Positions 26,115 through 34,896 of a DNA stretch of 64,000 bases are shown in pieces. Origin of the DNA: Synergistota bacterium (GTDB lineage Bacteria > Synergistota > GBS-1); assembly GCA_021159885.1 (NCBI GenBank), contig JAGHDO010000091.1, positions 318-64,317 on the forward strand, given 5' to 3'. The notes beneath the pieces were generated by a model. It had not been told where the DNA came from. It was given only the letters and a program-made list of their open reading frames with translations, and did no database searches. Numbering within the stretch: the stretch's first letter is position 1; each line of letters opens with the position of its first letter. Both the position numbers and the translations under genes were made by a program.

Positions 26115-28319
26115 ATGTTGATTTATGATGCACTTTATGTGAAAGAAAAGGACTTGATTTTAGTCTCTTCATATCTTGAAGGAAAGGTTTATGAGCTTAA
26201 TAATAGTGGGGCTGTGGCTTTCAAGTATAACAGCTTTAAAAATCCTCTTTCCCTATGTGCTTATAAGGGGGTTCCTCATCTTCTTGATGTAGGAACCCTT
26301 AATCTTTATAAATATTCTTTTGATGAAAATAAGTGGCTTAAAGAGAGCTTTCCGTTTGAGGTTTCGCACCCTTACTGGATAGCCTCCTACGGAGGGAAGC
26401 TTATAGCTGTAGATAAGGAAAAGAAAAGAATCTTGAATTTCGAGAAAGAGAGGCATCCTGTTGGCCGTCTTGAATCTCTCCCTCATCTTTATGATGTTCC
26501 ATGTTCTGTGAAAACTTCTAAAGATAGGGTTTTTCTTCTTGCTGATGGAGAGAGGCTTCTTGTAGAGCTTATGCCTGATGGAGAGCCCATTTTACTATGG
26601 CTCCTTCCTTCTTCCCCTGTATCCTGGGCGATTCATGATGGGAAACCTTATCTTCTTTTTGAAGGCGCTCTTATTACTCCATCGGGGAAAAAGCTTAAAA
26701 GGCTTTCTTTGTCCCCTCGATATAGAGCAGTTTTATCGGGAGAATCCCTTCTTCTCTGGGATGGAAAATCATTAACCGAGCCTCAAGGAGAGTGGGAAGA
26801 GCTGCCGGAAAATCCTATTCCTTCATATAAGCTTATTATCCTTAGGAAAAATCTCGATGATAGAGTGGATGATTTTAAGAATCTCGTTAATGAGCTTGAA
26901 AATGAGGAGCATGAAACTGGTGCTTCCTTGCAAAGGGTTGTTGAGGATTTTTATAAGAAACCGACTTTCCAGAACGCTTTAAAGCTTCACTCTCAAAGGC
27001 TTCCCTTAGATCTAAAGCTTAGGAGGATTTATCCTAATGTGGTTTCCTTCATGGATTCTCTCAAGATCAGCTGGAACGATGCCCTGCTCCCTTATCTTTT
27101 AAAACTGTTTAAAATCTTCTTGGCTGTAGATAGGGGATGGTATTTTCCATGGGAAATCTACTGGAGAATTCCTTTAAGCGAACGGGCAGAGTTTAAAGAA
27201 AGGCTTTATGAAGCTTTGCCAGTTCCCTCTCTTGATATAAAAGATATTTTTAAGGTAATCGACATTTCTTTAGCTGAGCTGAGGAAATATATGGATATGG
27301 CTCTGAATAAGGAGCAACGACAGGATGCCATAAGGAATTTTGATTTCTGGCACTGGATCAATAGGCTTTATCAGCTTTCCTTAGTAATAAATGGAAAAGG
27401 TGAGGATATCGCTGAATGGTGGAAGAAGTTTGTCAGCTGGAGAGAGAAGATTGATTATACGAGATATCTTGATCTTCCATTAAGGGGGCTTTTAGGCAAC
27501 GCTTTCTGGAATCTATGGGCGTGGGAACAGTTTTACTATTGTCTTGTAGAAAGAAAGAAGAAAGGCATGTGGAATTATCTTTCCGATCGCGGAGAGAAAA
27601 TCAAAAGCATAGGAGATTTCTTCTTTATCTCATATGCGAGGTATCATGATGGTTATATCTACCTTTCTGACTGGGGAGAGGGGGTTTCCTATAAGCTTTC
27701 AGCTGATGACTATAGTCCCATCTGGCAGAGGGAAGTGTACTCCCCGTTTTATATAGCTTTTAGCGGGGATAAACTTTATCTGGCGCAAGCTGGGGATAAT
27801 AAAATCACGGTTCTTAATTCTGAAACTGGTGATTTGATGGATGAGATAGTTCTTAAAGATGGGGGGAAATTTGGACAGGTTTGGGAAAACGGAAAGGGAG
27901 AAATAGTGGGCTTTTATAGATCCAAGGATGGCATGGTATTTAAAAACTTCTCAGCGGGGCAAAAGATTTTTTCTACAGATGTAGGCATAAGATACCTTAG
28001 GGAAAGCGATGCTTATCTGCTTTATCTACCTGCTTCTGTAAGATCTTATGTTTCTTATCCCCTTAGGGTTTTCTTCCATCCTCAGCTTATAACTCCGCGC
28101 GATTATATTTATGCTGATGGGAAGTATATAGTAAGTTTAATTTGGAAAGGAGAAGTGAAAAACTTTTCCTTGGCAGAGAAGGAAAGTATCAAAGAGATTC
28201 ATCTTTTAAGAGGAGGATATATATATCCTCCTTATCCTCTCAGTGTAAGACATCATCGCTTTTTGTGTCTTCACCCGTGGCATGCGTGGGAAGGATCGCT
28301 TATAATTCCAGCTCAATAG
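26115..28319 (+). CDS. Hypothetical protein, 734 aa (beta-rich N- and C-terminal parts, Trp-rich helical middle)
   Basis: Long uninterrupted ORF with codon and amino-acid usage like its neighbours. No signal peptide, no TM helix and no motif I can recognise. Confidence 0.6.
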   Translation: MLIYDALYVKEKDLILVSSYLEGKVYELNNSGAVAFKYNSFKNPLSLCAYKGVPHLLDVGTLNLYKYSFDENKWLKESFPFEVSHPYWIASYGGKLIAVDKEKKRILNFEKERHPVGRLESLPHLYDVPCSVKTSKDRVFLLADGERLLVELMPDGEPILLWLLPSSPVSWAIHDGKPYLLFEGALITPSGKKLKRLSLSPRYRAVLSGESLLLWDGKSLTEPQGEWEELPENPIPSYKLIILRKNLDDRVDDFKNLVNELENEEHETGASLQRVVEDFYKKPTFQNALKLHSQRLPLDLKLRRIYPNVVSFMDSLKISWNDALLPYLLKLFKIFLAVDRGWYFPWEIYWRIPLSERAEFKERLYEALPVPSLDIKDIFKVIDISLAELRKYMDMALNKEQRQDAIRNFDFWHWINRLYQLSLVINGKGEDIAEWWKKFVSWREKIDYTRYLDLPLRGLLGNAFWNLWAWEQFYYCLVERKKKGMWNYLSDRGEKIKSIGDFFFISYARYHDGYIYLSDWGEGVSYKLSADDYSPIWQREVYSPFYIAFSGDKLYLAQAGDNKITVLNSETGDLMDEIVLKDGGKFGQVWENGKGEIVGFYRSKDGMVFKNFSAGQKIFSTDVGIRYLRESDAYLLYLPASVRSYVSYPLRVFFHPQLITPRDYIYADGKYIVSLIWKGEVKNFSLAEKESIKEIHLLRGGYIYPPYPLSVRHHRFLCLHPWHAWEGSLIIPAQ

Positions 28320-28339
28320 GAGAGGAGGTATTTTAAAAT

Positions 28340-29506
28340 ATGTCTTTTTACTCTCTTGAAGGCGAAAAGATAGTCTTTCTGCATCTTCCTAAGGTTGGAG
28401 GCACTACTTTAAAGGCATTTTTTTCAAAGTTTTATTCATTGGAAGATATAATCCATTTTAATTGTTTTATACCTAAGATTTATGACTTCACGAAGACTTT
28501 GCTAAAAGATTTTAAGTACAAGAAGCTCATTATGGGACATTTTCCTCTTTTAGTTGATCCAAGTAGCTTGAAAGACGCAAAGTTTATTACTTTTTTGAGA
28601 GAGCCTGTAAAGAGAAGCCTATCTTGGTATTGTTTTTCTCTTGTTTCTCAAGGAGTAGATGTGGCTCCTCCCAAAGATGTTAGGGAAAATCCAGAACTAT
28701 GGCCGGACAATATTCAAACAAGGCTGCTTTGTGGTAAGTTGGAGGGGACACTATCTGAAGCTGATTTAGAAAGGGCAAAACGTAATTTAAGTCAATTCTT
28801 TTTCGTTGGTTTAACGGAGAGATTTGACGAGTCCCTCCTCATTTTACAAAAGCTTTTGAATCTCAGGGAAGTTTATTATGGCGTCAAGCGTAATGTTACG
28901 AAGGTTACAATCCCGGTGGGTGATTTGCCTAAAGAAGTTTTAAAGCAAATAGAGGAAATCAATGGCTATGATACAGAAATTTACAACTTGGCACGCAAGC
29001 TGTTTAACGAAAGATTTAAAGAATATAAGGATGAAATATTGGCAGAACTGAGTGAATTCAGAGAAAATAATCAGGGTATGCTTGGGTGGCTGGCATCAAG
29101 TTATTTGGATCTTTTAAATCGTGTGAGATGCGCAAGAGTTTCTTTCTTGTTTAGTCTTGCAAAGCGTTTTGCTGAAGATGGGAAAGGAGAAGAAGCACTT
29201 GCTTTCTTGAGAAAAGGGATTTATCTTAGTTGGGGTATACATGTGAATGGCCCTCTTTTCCTTTATAATGAAGCTTCTGTTTGGGAATCACTGGGGGAGT
29301 TGGAGAAGGCGAAGGGTATTTTTAGAATCGTTGCCGACCATCCTTGGAGAATAGATGCTTTGAAGGGGGGAGCTTGTTATCATCTTGGATGTATAGCTCT
29401 GCGGGAGGGAGACAAAGCTTTAGCGAAGGAATACCTGCAGAGATGTTTGTCTTTCGAACCTAATCATGAGGGAGCTAAAAGGCTTCTTATCGAGCTTGGG
29501 GGTTGA
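28340..29506 (+). CDS. Sulfotransferase-family protein with C-terminal TPR-like repeats
   Basis: 5-prime-PSB-like FLHLPKVGGTTL, 3-prime-PB-like FLREPVKRSLSWY and FVGLTERFDESLLIL, as in HS6ST-like / family-2 sulfotransferases. The C-terminal roughly 120 aa is TPR-like (ALAFLRKGI..., ALAKEYLQRCLSFEPNHEGA). It is a paralogue of 39507..40643. Confidence 0.7.
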   Translation: MSFYSLEGEKIVFLHLPKVGGTTLKAFFSKFYSLEDIIHFNCFIPKIYDFTKTLLKDFKYKKLIMGHFPLLVDPSSLKDAKFITFLREPVKRSLSWYCFSLVSQGVDVAPPKDVRENPELWPDNIQTRLLCGKLEGTLSEADLERAKRNLSQFFFVGLTERFDESLLILQKLLNLREVYYGVKRNVTKVTIPVGDLPKEVLKQIEEINGYDTEIYNLARKLFNERFKEYKDEILAELSEFRENNQGMLGWLASSYLDLLNRVRCARVSFLFSLAKRFAEDGKGEEALAFLRKGIYLSWGIHVNGPLFLYNEASVWESLGELEKAKGIFRIVADHPWRIDALKGGACYHLGCIALREGDKALAKEYLQRCLSFEPNHEGAKRLLIELGG

Positions 29507-29510
29507 GGGA

Positions 29511-29914
29511 ATGAGCGAGCTTGGCTTGTTGGTAGATTCTCTTGAACTTCTTGAGAAGTTTATAACTGATGTTATGGAGGCAGAGAAGATCGTTATATTC
29601 GGTGCTTCAGGTGGCGGAAAAAGGGCATGGAGATTCTCAAGGAATTAAACAAAGAGCCAATATATTTCGTCGACAACGATTCTTCCAAGTGGGGAAAGAC
29701 AGTAGAAGGCATAAAGGTTTTACCGCCTTCTGAGCTAAAGCGAATCGATTTCGACATCATCGTTGTAGCTTCGTCTGTGGGTGAGGCTGATATAGTTTCT
29801 CAGCTTGAGAAAATGGGGTACGAGGAAAAAACCTACACGCTTGCTTTTGCAAGATTGCTTCTTTGGGCTAAGAGATTTTTTGGAAAACTGAGAAAGTATT
29901 TCCTCGAACGATAA
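29511..29914 (+). pseudogene. Stand-alone Rossmann-like GASGGGK...DND..KWGK module gene, split by a 1-nt frameshift
   Basis: ORFs 29466..29648 (...KIVIFGASGGGKRAWRFSRN*) and 29627..29914 (MEILKELNKEPIYFVDNDSSKWGK...). Adding one A to the A5 run at 29618-29622 gives GGGKKGMEILKELNKEPIYFVDND, colinear with the intact paralogue at 31890. Confidence 0.75.
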
Positions 29915-29926
29915 GGAGGTATTAGA

Positions 29927-30650
29927 ATGGAGTTGAAGAAGGGCATTTCTGCGATAGTTCATACCTTTAACGAGGAGCATAATATTCGAAATTGCTTGGA
30001 GAGCGTTAAGTGGGCTGATGAAATAGTAATAATAGACATGTATAGTGAAGATAAAACCGTTGAGATAGCAAGGGAATATACTGACAAAATATATTTCTTT
30101 GAGAGAAAGGGGTATGCGGATCCCGCGCGTCAATTTGGGATTGACCAGGCTTCTTGTAAGTGGATACTGATAGTTGATGCGGATGAAATGATACCTAAAA
30201 GGCTTAGCCAGAGACTCAAAGAAATAGCTGAAAAAGATGAGGCTGACGTAGTTTATATTCCTCGAAGAAATTTTCTCTTTGGTAAACCCCTGAAGGGGGG
30301 GGTGGTGGGGGACTCTTCAAGTAATGATACCGAGGTTTTTTAAAAAGGGTTTTTTGAAGTTTGGTGAAAAGGTTCATGATCCCATAGATGAGATATCTTC
30401 GGAGGCTAAGATACTGTATTTATGGGATGAGAGTCTGGCTGTTATTCATTTTACTTACATTGATATAAATCATTTCTTGAGAAAAGGGATTAACGGTTAT
30501 ACAACGATAGAGGCTTTAAATATGTTTGAGGGAAAGAAGGAGAAATTGGAACCAGGTTCCTTGTTGCTAAAAGCAATTGAAGAAATATTAATTAGACTAT
30601 TCCTTCAAAAAGGATATAAAGATGGTTTTATTGGATGGGGATTCATGTGA
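29927..30650 (+). pseudogene. Family 2 glycosyltransferase (WaaE/KdtX-like), split by a frameshift in a G8 tract
   Basis: The N-terminal ORF (ISAIVHTFNEEHNI..., WADEIVIIDMYSEDKT, IVDADE) ends 41 nt after the G8 run at 30295-30302. With G7 the frame continues KGGWWGTLQVMIPRFFKKGFLKFGEKVHDPI into ORF 30324..30650. Confidence 0.8.
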
Positions 30651-30753
30651 GGGAGAAAGACGTTTATAAAATTAGAGATGTATTGCTTGAGGCATCATTT
30701 AATCTTTAAAATCAGGCAAAGCTCAAGGTATTAAGCAGAGGTGCCCTATAGGA

Positions 30754-31896
30754 ATGAAGGTACTTTTCTGTATTAGAAAAGACTGGCGTACTGCTCCTGG
30801 TGGGGATGTAATTCAGATGTTGGGCACTAAAGAAGCTATGGAAAAACAGTTTGATATAAAAATCTATGTGGAAGGTAATCCCTTTATGGTGGCTAATTAT
30901 AATAATGTAAGTATAGTACATGTTTTCAATATTCAGAATATAGACGTAACTCTTAGCTTTATAGAATCGGCAAAAGCTATTGGGAAAAAAGTAATACTTT
31001 CTCCTATTTTTTGGAATTTGTCTCACGCATGTTTTGTAAATACCTTAGCTTTGATAGGAATCTTTGATCTTTCTCCTAAGTTCTACTTTTGTGAAAGGTT
31101 ACATAGGAATTTTGCACAAGTGTTTAGTGAAATCGGAACGAGGTTTTATTATTTTTCAGCTGCTTATAAATATAAAGTAAGAAAAGCTCTTAACTTAGTG
31201 GATATGCTTTTGCCAAATTCTATTGAGGAAAAGAGAATTATAGAGCACACATTTGATATGAAGGTTAAAAAATGCAGGATTGTTTTAAACGCGGTAGATA
31301 AAAGAGTTTTCAACCATAAATCTCATAGGCAAAGCTGTGAGAATTCTAAGAAAGAAGTTATATGCGTTGCAAGGATAGAACCGGTGAAGAATCAAATATC
31401 AATAATTAGAGCCCTTGAAGATCTTAAAGATATAAAGGTGATCTTGGTAGGAAGACCGAAAGAGGAAGACAGATATTATTATGAATCACTTCTTTGGATT
31501 GCACGGGAACGAGGGAATGTTGAAATTATAGAGAACCACCTCGATCATCAAGCTCTTTCAGAGCTATATAGAAAAGCAAATGTTCATGTTTTACCTTCTT
31601 TTCGAGAAAGTCCTGGATTAAGCACGTTAGAGGCTCTTTGTTGCGGACTCAATGTGGTTATTTCTGATAGAGAATTTTTACCGGTGGATACATATTTTAA
31701 GGACCTTTTAGATAAGCACGTTTTTATGTGTAATCCATATGATCCATCGTCTATTAGAAAGGCTGTCTTAATGGCATTGGAGTCCCCTCCCCCCAAGGAT
31801 TTGATTTCAGATTATATAGCTGATTGGGAAATGACAGCTCGGGAAACTTATAAAGCATATTTGGAGGTTTTAGAGGAGGCATTTGAGGGATGCTAA
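30754..31896 (+). CDS. Family 4 glycosyltransferase (GT-B, Glycos_transf_1)
   Basis: C-terminal domain with ...VLPSFRESPGLSTLEALCCGLNVVISD (E-x7-E motif region). Confidence 0.8.
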   Translation: MKVLFCIRKDWRTAPGGDVIQMLGTKEAMEKQFDIKIYVEGNPFMVANYNNVSIVHVFNIQNIDVTLSFIESAKAIGKKVILSPIFWNLSHACFVNTLALIGIFDLSPKFYFCERLHRNFAQVFSEIGTRFYYFSAAYKYKVRKALNLVDMLLPNSIEEKRIIEHTFDMKVKKCRIVLNAVDKRVFNHKSHRQSCENSKKEVICVARIEPVKNQISIIRALEDLKDIKVILVGRPKEEDRYYYESLLWIARERGNVEIIENHLDHQALSELYRKANVHVLPSFRESPGLSTLEALCCGLNVVISDREFLPVDTYFKDLLDKHVFMCNPYDPSSIRKAVLMALESPPPKDLISDYIADWEMTARETYKAYLEVLEEAFEGC

Positions 31897-32288
31897 GTTC
31901 TTTAGATATATTGGAGTATAAGTTAAGAACCTTTTTAAGTGCAAGCAAGGTTGCTATATTTGGTGCTTCTGGTGGAGGGAGACGTGCTTTACTTTTGATG
32001 AGAAAAGTAGGAAAGACTCCCATTGCTTTTCTTGATAATGATAATACCAAGTGGGGAAACCTGATTGAAGGAGTGAAAGTTTTCCCACCAACGGATTTAG
32101 GTGTAATCTCTCCCGAGGTTGTGGTAATAGCTTCAGTTAGGAGAGACGAGATTCTGAAACAGATTTATGCGATGGAATATAGCGGTGTCGTAATAGATCT
32201 TGGGGAGATGGAGCTGTTAGTTATCTGTGGAACTTTATTTAAGATCTTCTGCGATTTTTTCTGCAAACAGCATTTAGGTAAGGAGTAG
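31890..32288 (+). CDS. Stand-alone Rossmann-like GASGGGK...DND..KWG module protein
   Basis: 132 aa: KVAIFGASGGGRRALLLMRKVGKTPIAFLDNDNTKWGNLIEGVKVFPPTDL...VVVIAS. This is the intact copy of the module repeated four times in the island. Confidence 0.65.
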   Translation: MLSSLDILEYKLRTFLSASKVAIFGASGGGRRALLLMRKVGKTPIAFLDNDNTKWGNLIEGVKVFPPTDLGVISPEVVVIASVRRDEILKQIYAMEYSGVVIDLGEMELLVICGTLFKIFCDFFCKQHLGKE

Positions 32289-32291
32289 AAG

Positions 32292-33773
32292 GTGTGTATG
32301 GTCTCTTCCCCAAAGGTCTGCGTTTTAGTCCTAAATTGGAATGGATGGCAAGATACTATAGAGTGCCTTAGAAGTTTGCTTGAAAGCGATTATCCTAATA
32401 TGGAGATAGTTGTGCTGGATAACGGTTCTACTGATGACTCCATAGAAAGGATAAAGAACTGGTTTGAGGAGACCTTTTCTATAGCCTGCGTGATTTGTGA
32501 TCGGAAAGCATTGAAAGGTATAGACTTTAGGAATCACGATTTGATGATAGTGGACATTGGCGAAAATTTGGGGTATGCAGGGGGGAACAACGTAGGGATA
32601 GAGTATGCTCTATCAAGGGATGATGTGAAATATATATGGATACTCAATAATGATACAGTGGTTGCAGGAGATGCGTTGTCTCTTATGATTAAGTTGGCTG
32701 AGTCTGGCGATAAAATCGGATTAGTGGGAGCAAAAGTGCTTTTTTATGATAGCCCTGATGTTATTCAGTGTTTGGGAGGAACTGACTATATAAGGTGGAA
32801 CGGTTTTGGTAAGCCTATAGCCAGAGGAGAAAAAGAGGAGAAATTTACGGACAGCTTTGAAATAAAAGGCTATGTATATGGGGCGTGTCTTTTGCTTAAA
32901 AAAGAGGTACTTGAGAACATAGGGATGTTTGACGAGGCTTATTTCCTTCAAACCGAGGAAACGGATTTATGTTTTAGAGCTAAACAGTGTGGGTGGAAGC
33001 AAGTTTGCTGTAGCCGTGCTAAGATATGGCATAAGGAGGGAAAAGCTACTGGGAAAGAAGATGAAGGGTCACTAAGGTACTATGTTATTGGTAGATATTA
33101 TAACAGAAGGAATTACATCTATTTTTTAAAAAAGCATCTTCGGAACTATTTAAAACATGGCATTATCAATCTGCTTCTGTCTTCGCTAAAAGTATTCAAA
33201 CATGCCATGATCTGCCCTTCTCATTTTCAAGATACTTTAATTGAGTTTTTTTTCTCAATTTGGGGTTTATTTGATGGTCTGCGAGGTAATATGGGGAAAA
33301 CTCTGGATCCTGCTGAATTTGATAATAAAAATGGAGGTGAAGGAAAAACAAAGAAAATGGAGGATTTGTGGGAAGCTATAGAAGAATTTAGAGAACAGTT
33401 CAACCGCCTTGTAAGCGCGCAAAAGGTAGCTATATTCGGAGCGTCCAGTGGGGGAAAAAAAGCCTTGGCTTTTTTAAAGAAACTGAGGAAAAAGGTTGTT
33501 TGTTTCTTTGATAACGATCCTTCGAAGTGGGGAAAGAGGGTAGGGGGGATTGAGGTCTTGTCTCCTTCAAGTATTGAAGGAATTGCCCCTGATTTGATAG
33601 TTGTAGCTTCATCAACGGGAGAAGGGGAAATCGTTACGCAGTTAACTGAAGGCGGTTATGAGGATAAAGTAATGATTATCGGATTTCTCGAGCTAATTTT
33701 ATGGAGCAAAGAGCTCTTTGAGCTCTTCAGAGAAATCTATGACTATGTGCGTGAGCTGAATGCGCAGGCTTAA
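32292..33773 (+). CDS. Family 2 glycosyltransferase fused to a C-terminal GASSGGK...DND..KWGK module
   Basis: GT2 motifs (VLVLNWNGWQDTIECLRSL, VLDNGSTDDS, NLGYAGGNN, ETDLCFR). From about aa 355 (about 33354) the module reads KVAIFGASSGGKKALAFLKKLRKKVVCFFDNDPSKWGKRVGGIEVLSP...LIVVASS. Confidence 0.8.
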   Translation: MCMVSSPKVCVLVLNWNGWQDTIECLRSLLESDYPNMEIVVLDNGSTDDSIERIKNWFEETFSIACVICDRKALKGIDFRNHDLMIVDIGENLGYAGGNNVGIEYALSRDDVKYIWILNNDTVVAGDALSLMIKLAESGDKIGLVGAKVLFYDSPDVIQCLGGTDYIRWNGFGKPIARGEKEEKFTDSFEIKGYVYGACLLLKKEVLENIGMFDEAYFLQTEETDLCFRAKQCGWKQVCCSRAKIWHKEGKATGKEDEGSLRYYVIGRYYNRRNYIYFLKKHLRNYLKHGIINLLLSSLKVFKHAMICPSHFQDTLIEFFFSIWGLFDGLRGNMGKTLDPAEFDNKNGGEGKTKKMEDLWEAIEEFREQFNRLVSAQKVAIFGASSGGKKALAFLKKLRKKVVCFFDNDPSKWGKRVGGIEVLSPSSIEGIAPDLIVVASSTGEGEIVTQLTEGGYEDKVMIIGFLELILWSKELFELFREIYDYVRELNAQA

Positions 33774-34896
33774 GATCTTATGGTTTTGGATTATTCCCTG
33801 GGGTTTTATAAAACAGCGTTGCCATTATCTTGCTGAGGGGCTTTCCCGTTATCATGATTTAACTATTGTGTACCAGAAGGTTTCTTATGAAGCTTTAGAA
33901 AAGGTTCCTTCTTCCTTGAAGTTTAAAAAGGTGAGAGCTTTACCTTTTGAGCAAGGGAGCACTTTAATTTCTGCGCATGTAGCATCGTTAATGTGGTATT
34001 TTCAGGTAGCGCGTGATCTGAAAGTGAACGACATGATATGGTTTTCTCATCCTTACCTGTTTGAGGTTGTGAAATATGTTCCTTTGAAAAGAAAGTTAGT
34101 AGTTTATGACTGTGCGGATGACGTGTTGGAATTTTCTTCTGTTGCTGCGGATCCGAATGCCCGCAAGGTGATTTTATCTATTGAGAAAAAGCTTATTCAA
34201 AGAAGCAGTGTAACATTTGTTTCATCCTTTCACCTCAAAAGCTTACTCTTGGAAAGACATTCAGTAGATGAAGATAAGATTTTTGTTGTTAACAATGCGG
34301 TAGATTCTGCTTTTCTCGTGAATAGTGATTCAGCCGAAAAGCTTCCTGAGTCAATGGAGAAATTTTTTAACTTTAAAGTGATAAAGTTGGTCTATATAGG
34401 AGCTATTGCTGAATGGTTAGATATAGAACTTATATTAAAAAGTCTTAATGCTTTTAAGGAAATCCATTACTTTTTTGTAGGGCATCTTTATAAACCTCTC
34501 CCATTTCATGAAAGAATACATTATTTAGGGAAAGTGAAGCATTCTTTGCTCCCAGAAATAATGAGAAGGAGCGATGCTCTCATAATGCCGTTTAAATTGA
34601 ATAGACTGATTCTTGCTGTGGATCCTATCAAGATGTATGAGTATATCTCTGCTAACAAGCCTATCATTGCTATTGCCTATCCAGAGGTAGAAAGGTTTAA
34701 AGAATTTGTTTACTTTTATAGAAATATAGAGGAGTATTTTACTTTACTTAAAAATTGTATTATGAAGAATTTACCCCCGAAGGGTGGAGGTAAGCAGAGA
34801 GCTAACTTTATAGAAAGGAATACATGGGAGAAGAGGGTTGAGCAAGTACTAAGGATTCTCTCGGCAGTATTAGAAAGGAATAGATATCATGCGTAA
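33760..34896 (+). CDS. Glycosyltransferase, GT-B fold (GT4/TuaH-like)
   Basis: N-terminal KILWFWIIPWGFIKQRCHYLAEGL and C-terminal ...IKMYEYISANKPIIA resemble group-1 glycosyltransferases of the TuaH type (weaker recognition). Confidence 0.55.
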   Translation: MRRLKILWFWIIPWGFIKQRCHYLAEGLSRYHDLTIVYQKVSYEALEKVPSSLKFKKVRALPFEQGSTLISAHVASLMWYFQVARDLKVNDMIWFSHPYLFEVVKYVPLKRKLVVYDCADDVLEFSSVAADPNARKVILSIEKKLIQRSSVTFVSSFHLKSLLLERHSVDEDKIFVVNNAVDSAFLVNSDSAEKLPESMEKFFNFKVIKLVYIGAIAEWLDIELILKSLNAFKEIHYFFVGHLYKPLPFHERIHYLGKVKHSLLPEIMRRSDALIMPFKLNRLILAVDPIKMYEYISANKPIIAIAYPEVERFKEFVYFYRNIEEYFTLLKNCIMKNLPPKGGGKQRANFIERNTWEKRVEQVLRILSAVLERNRYHA

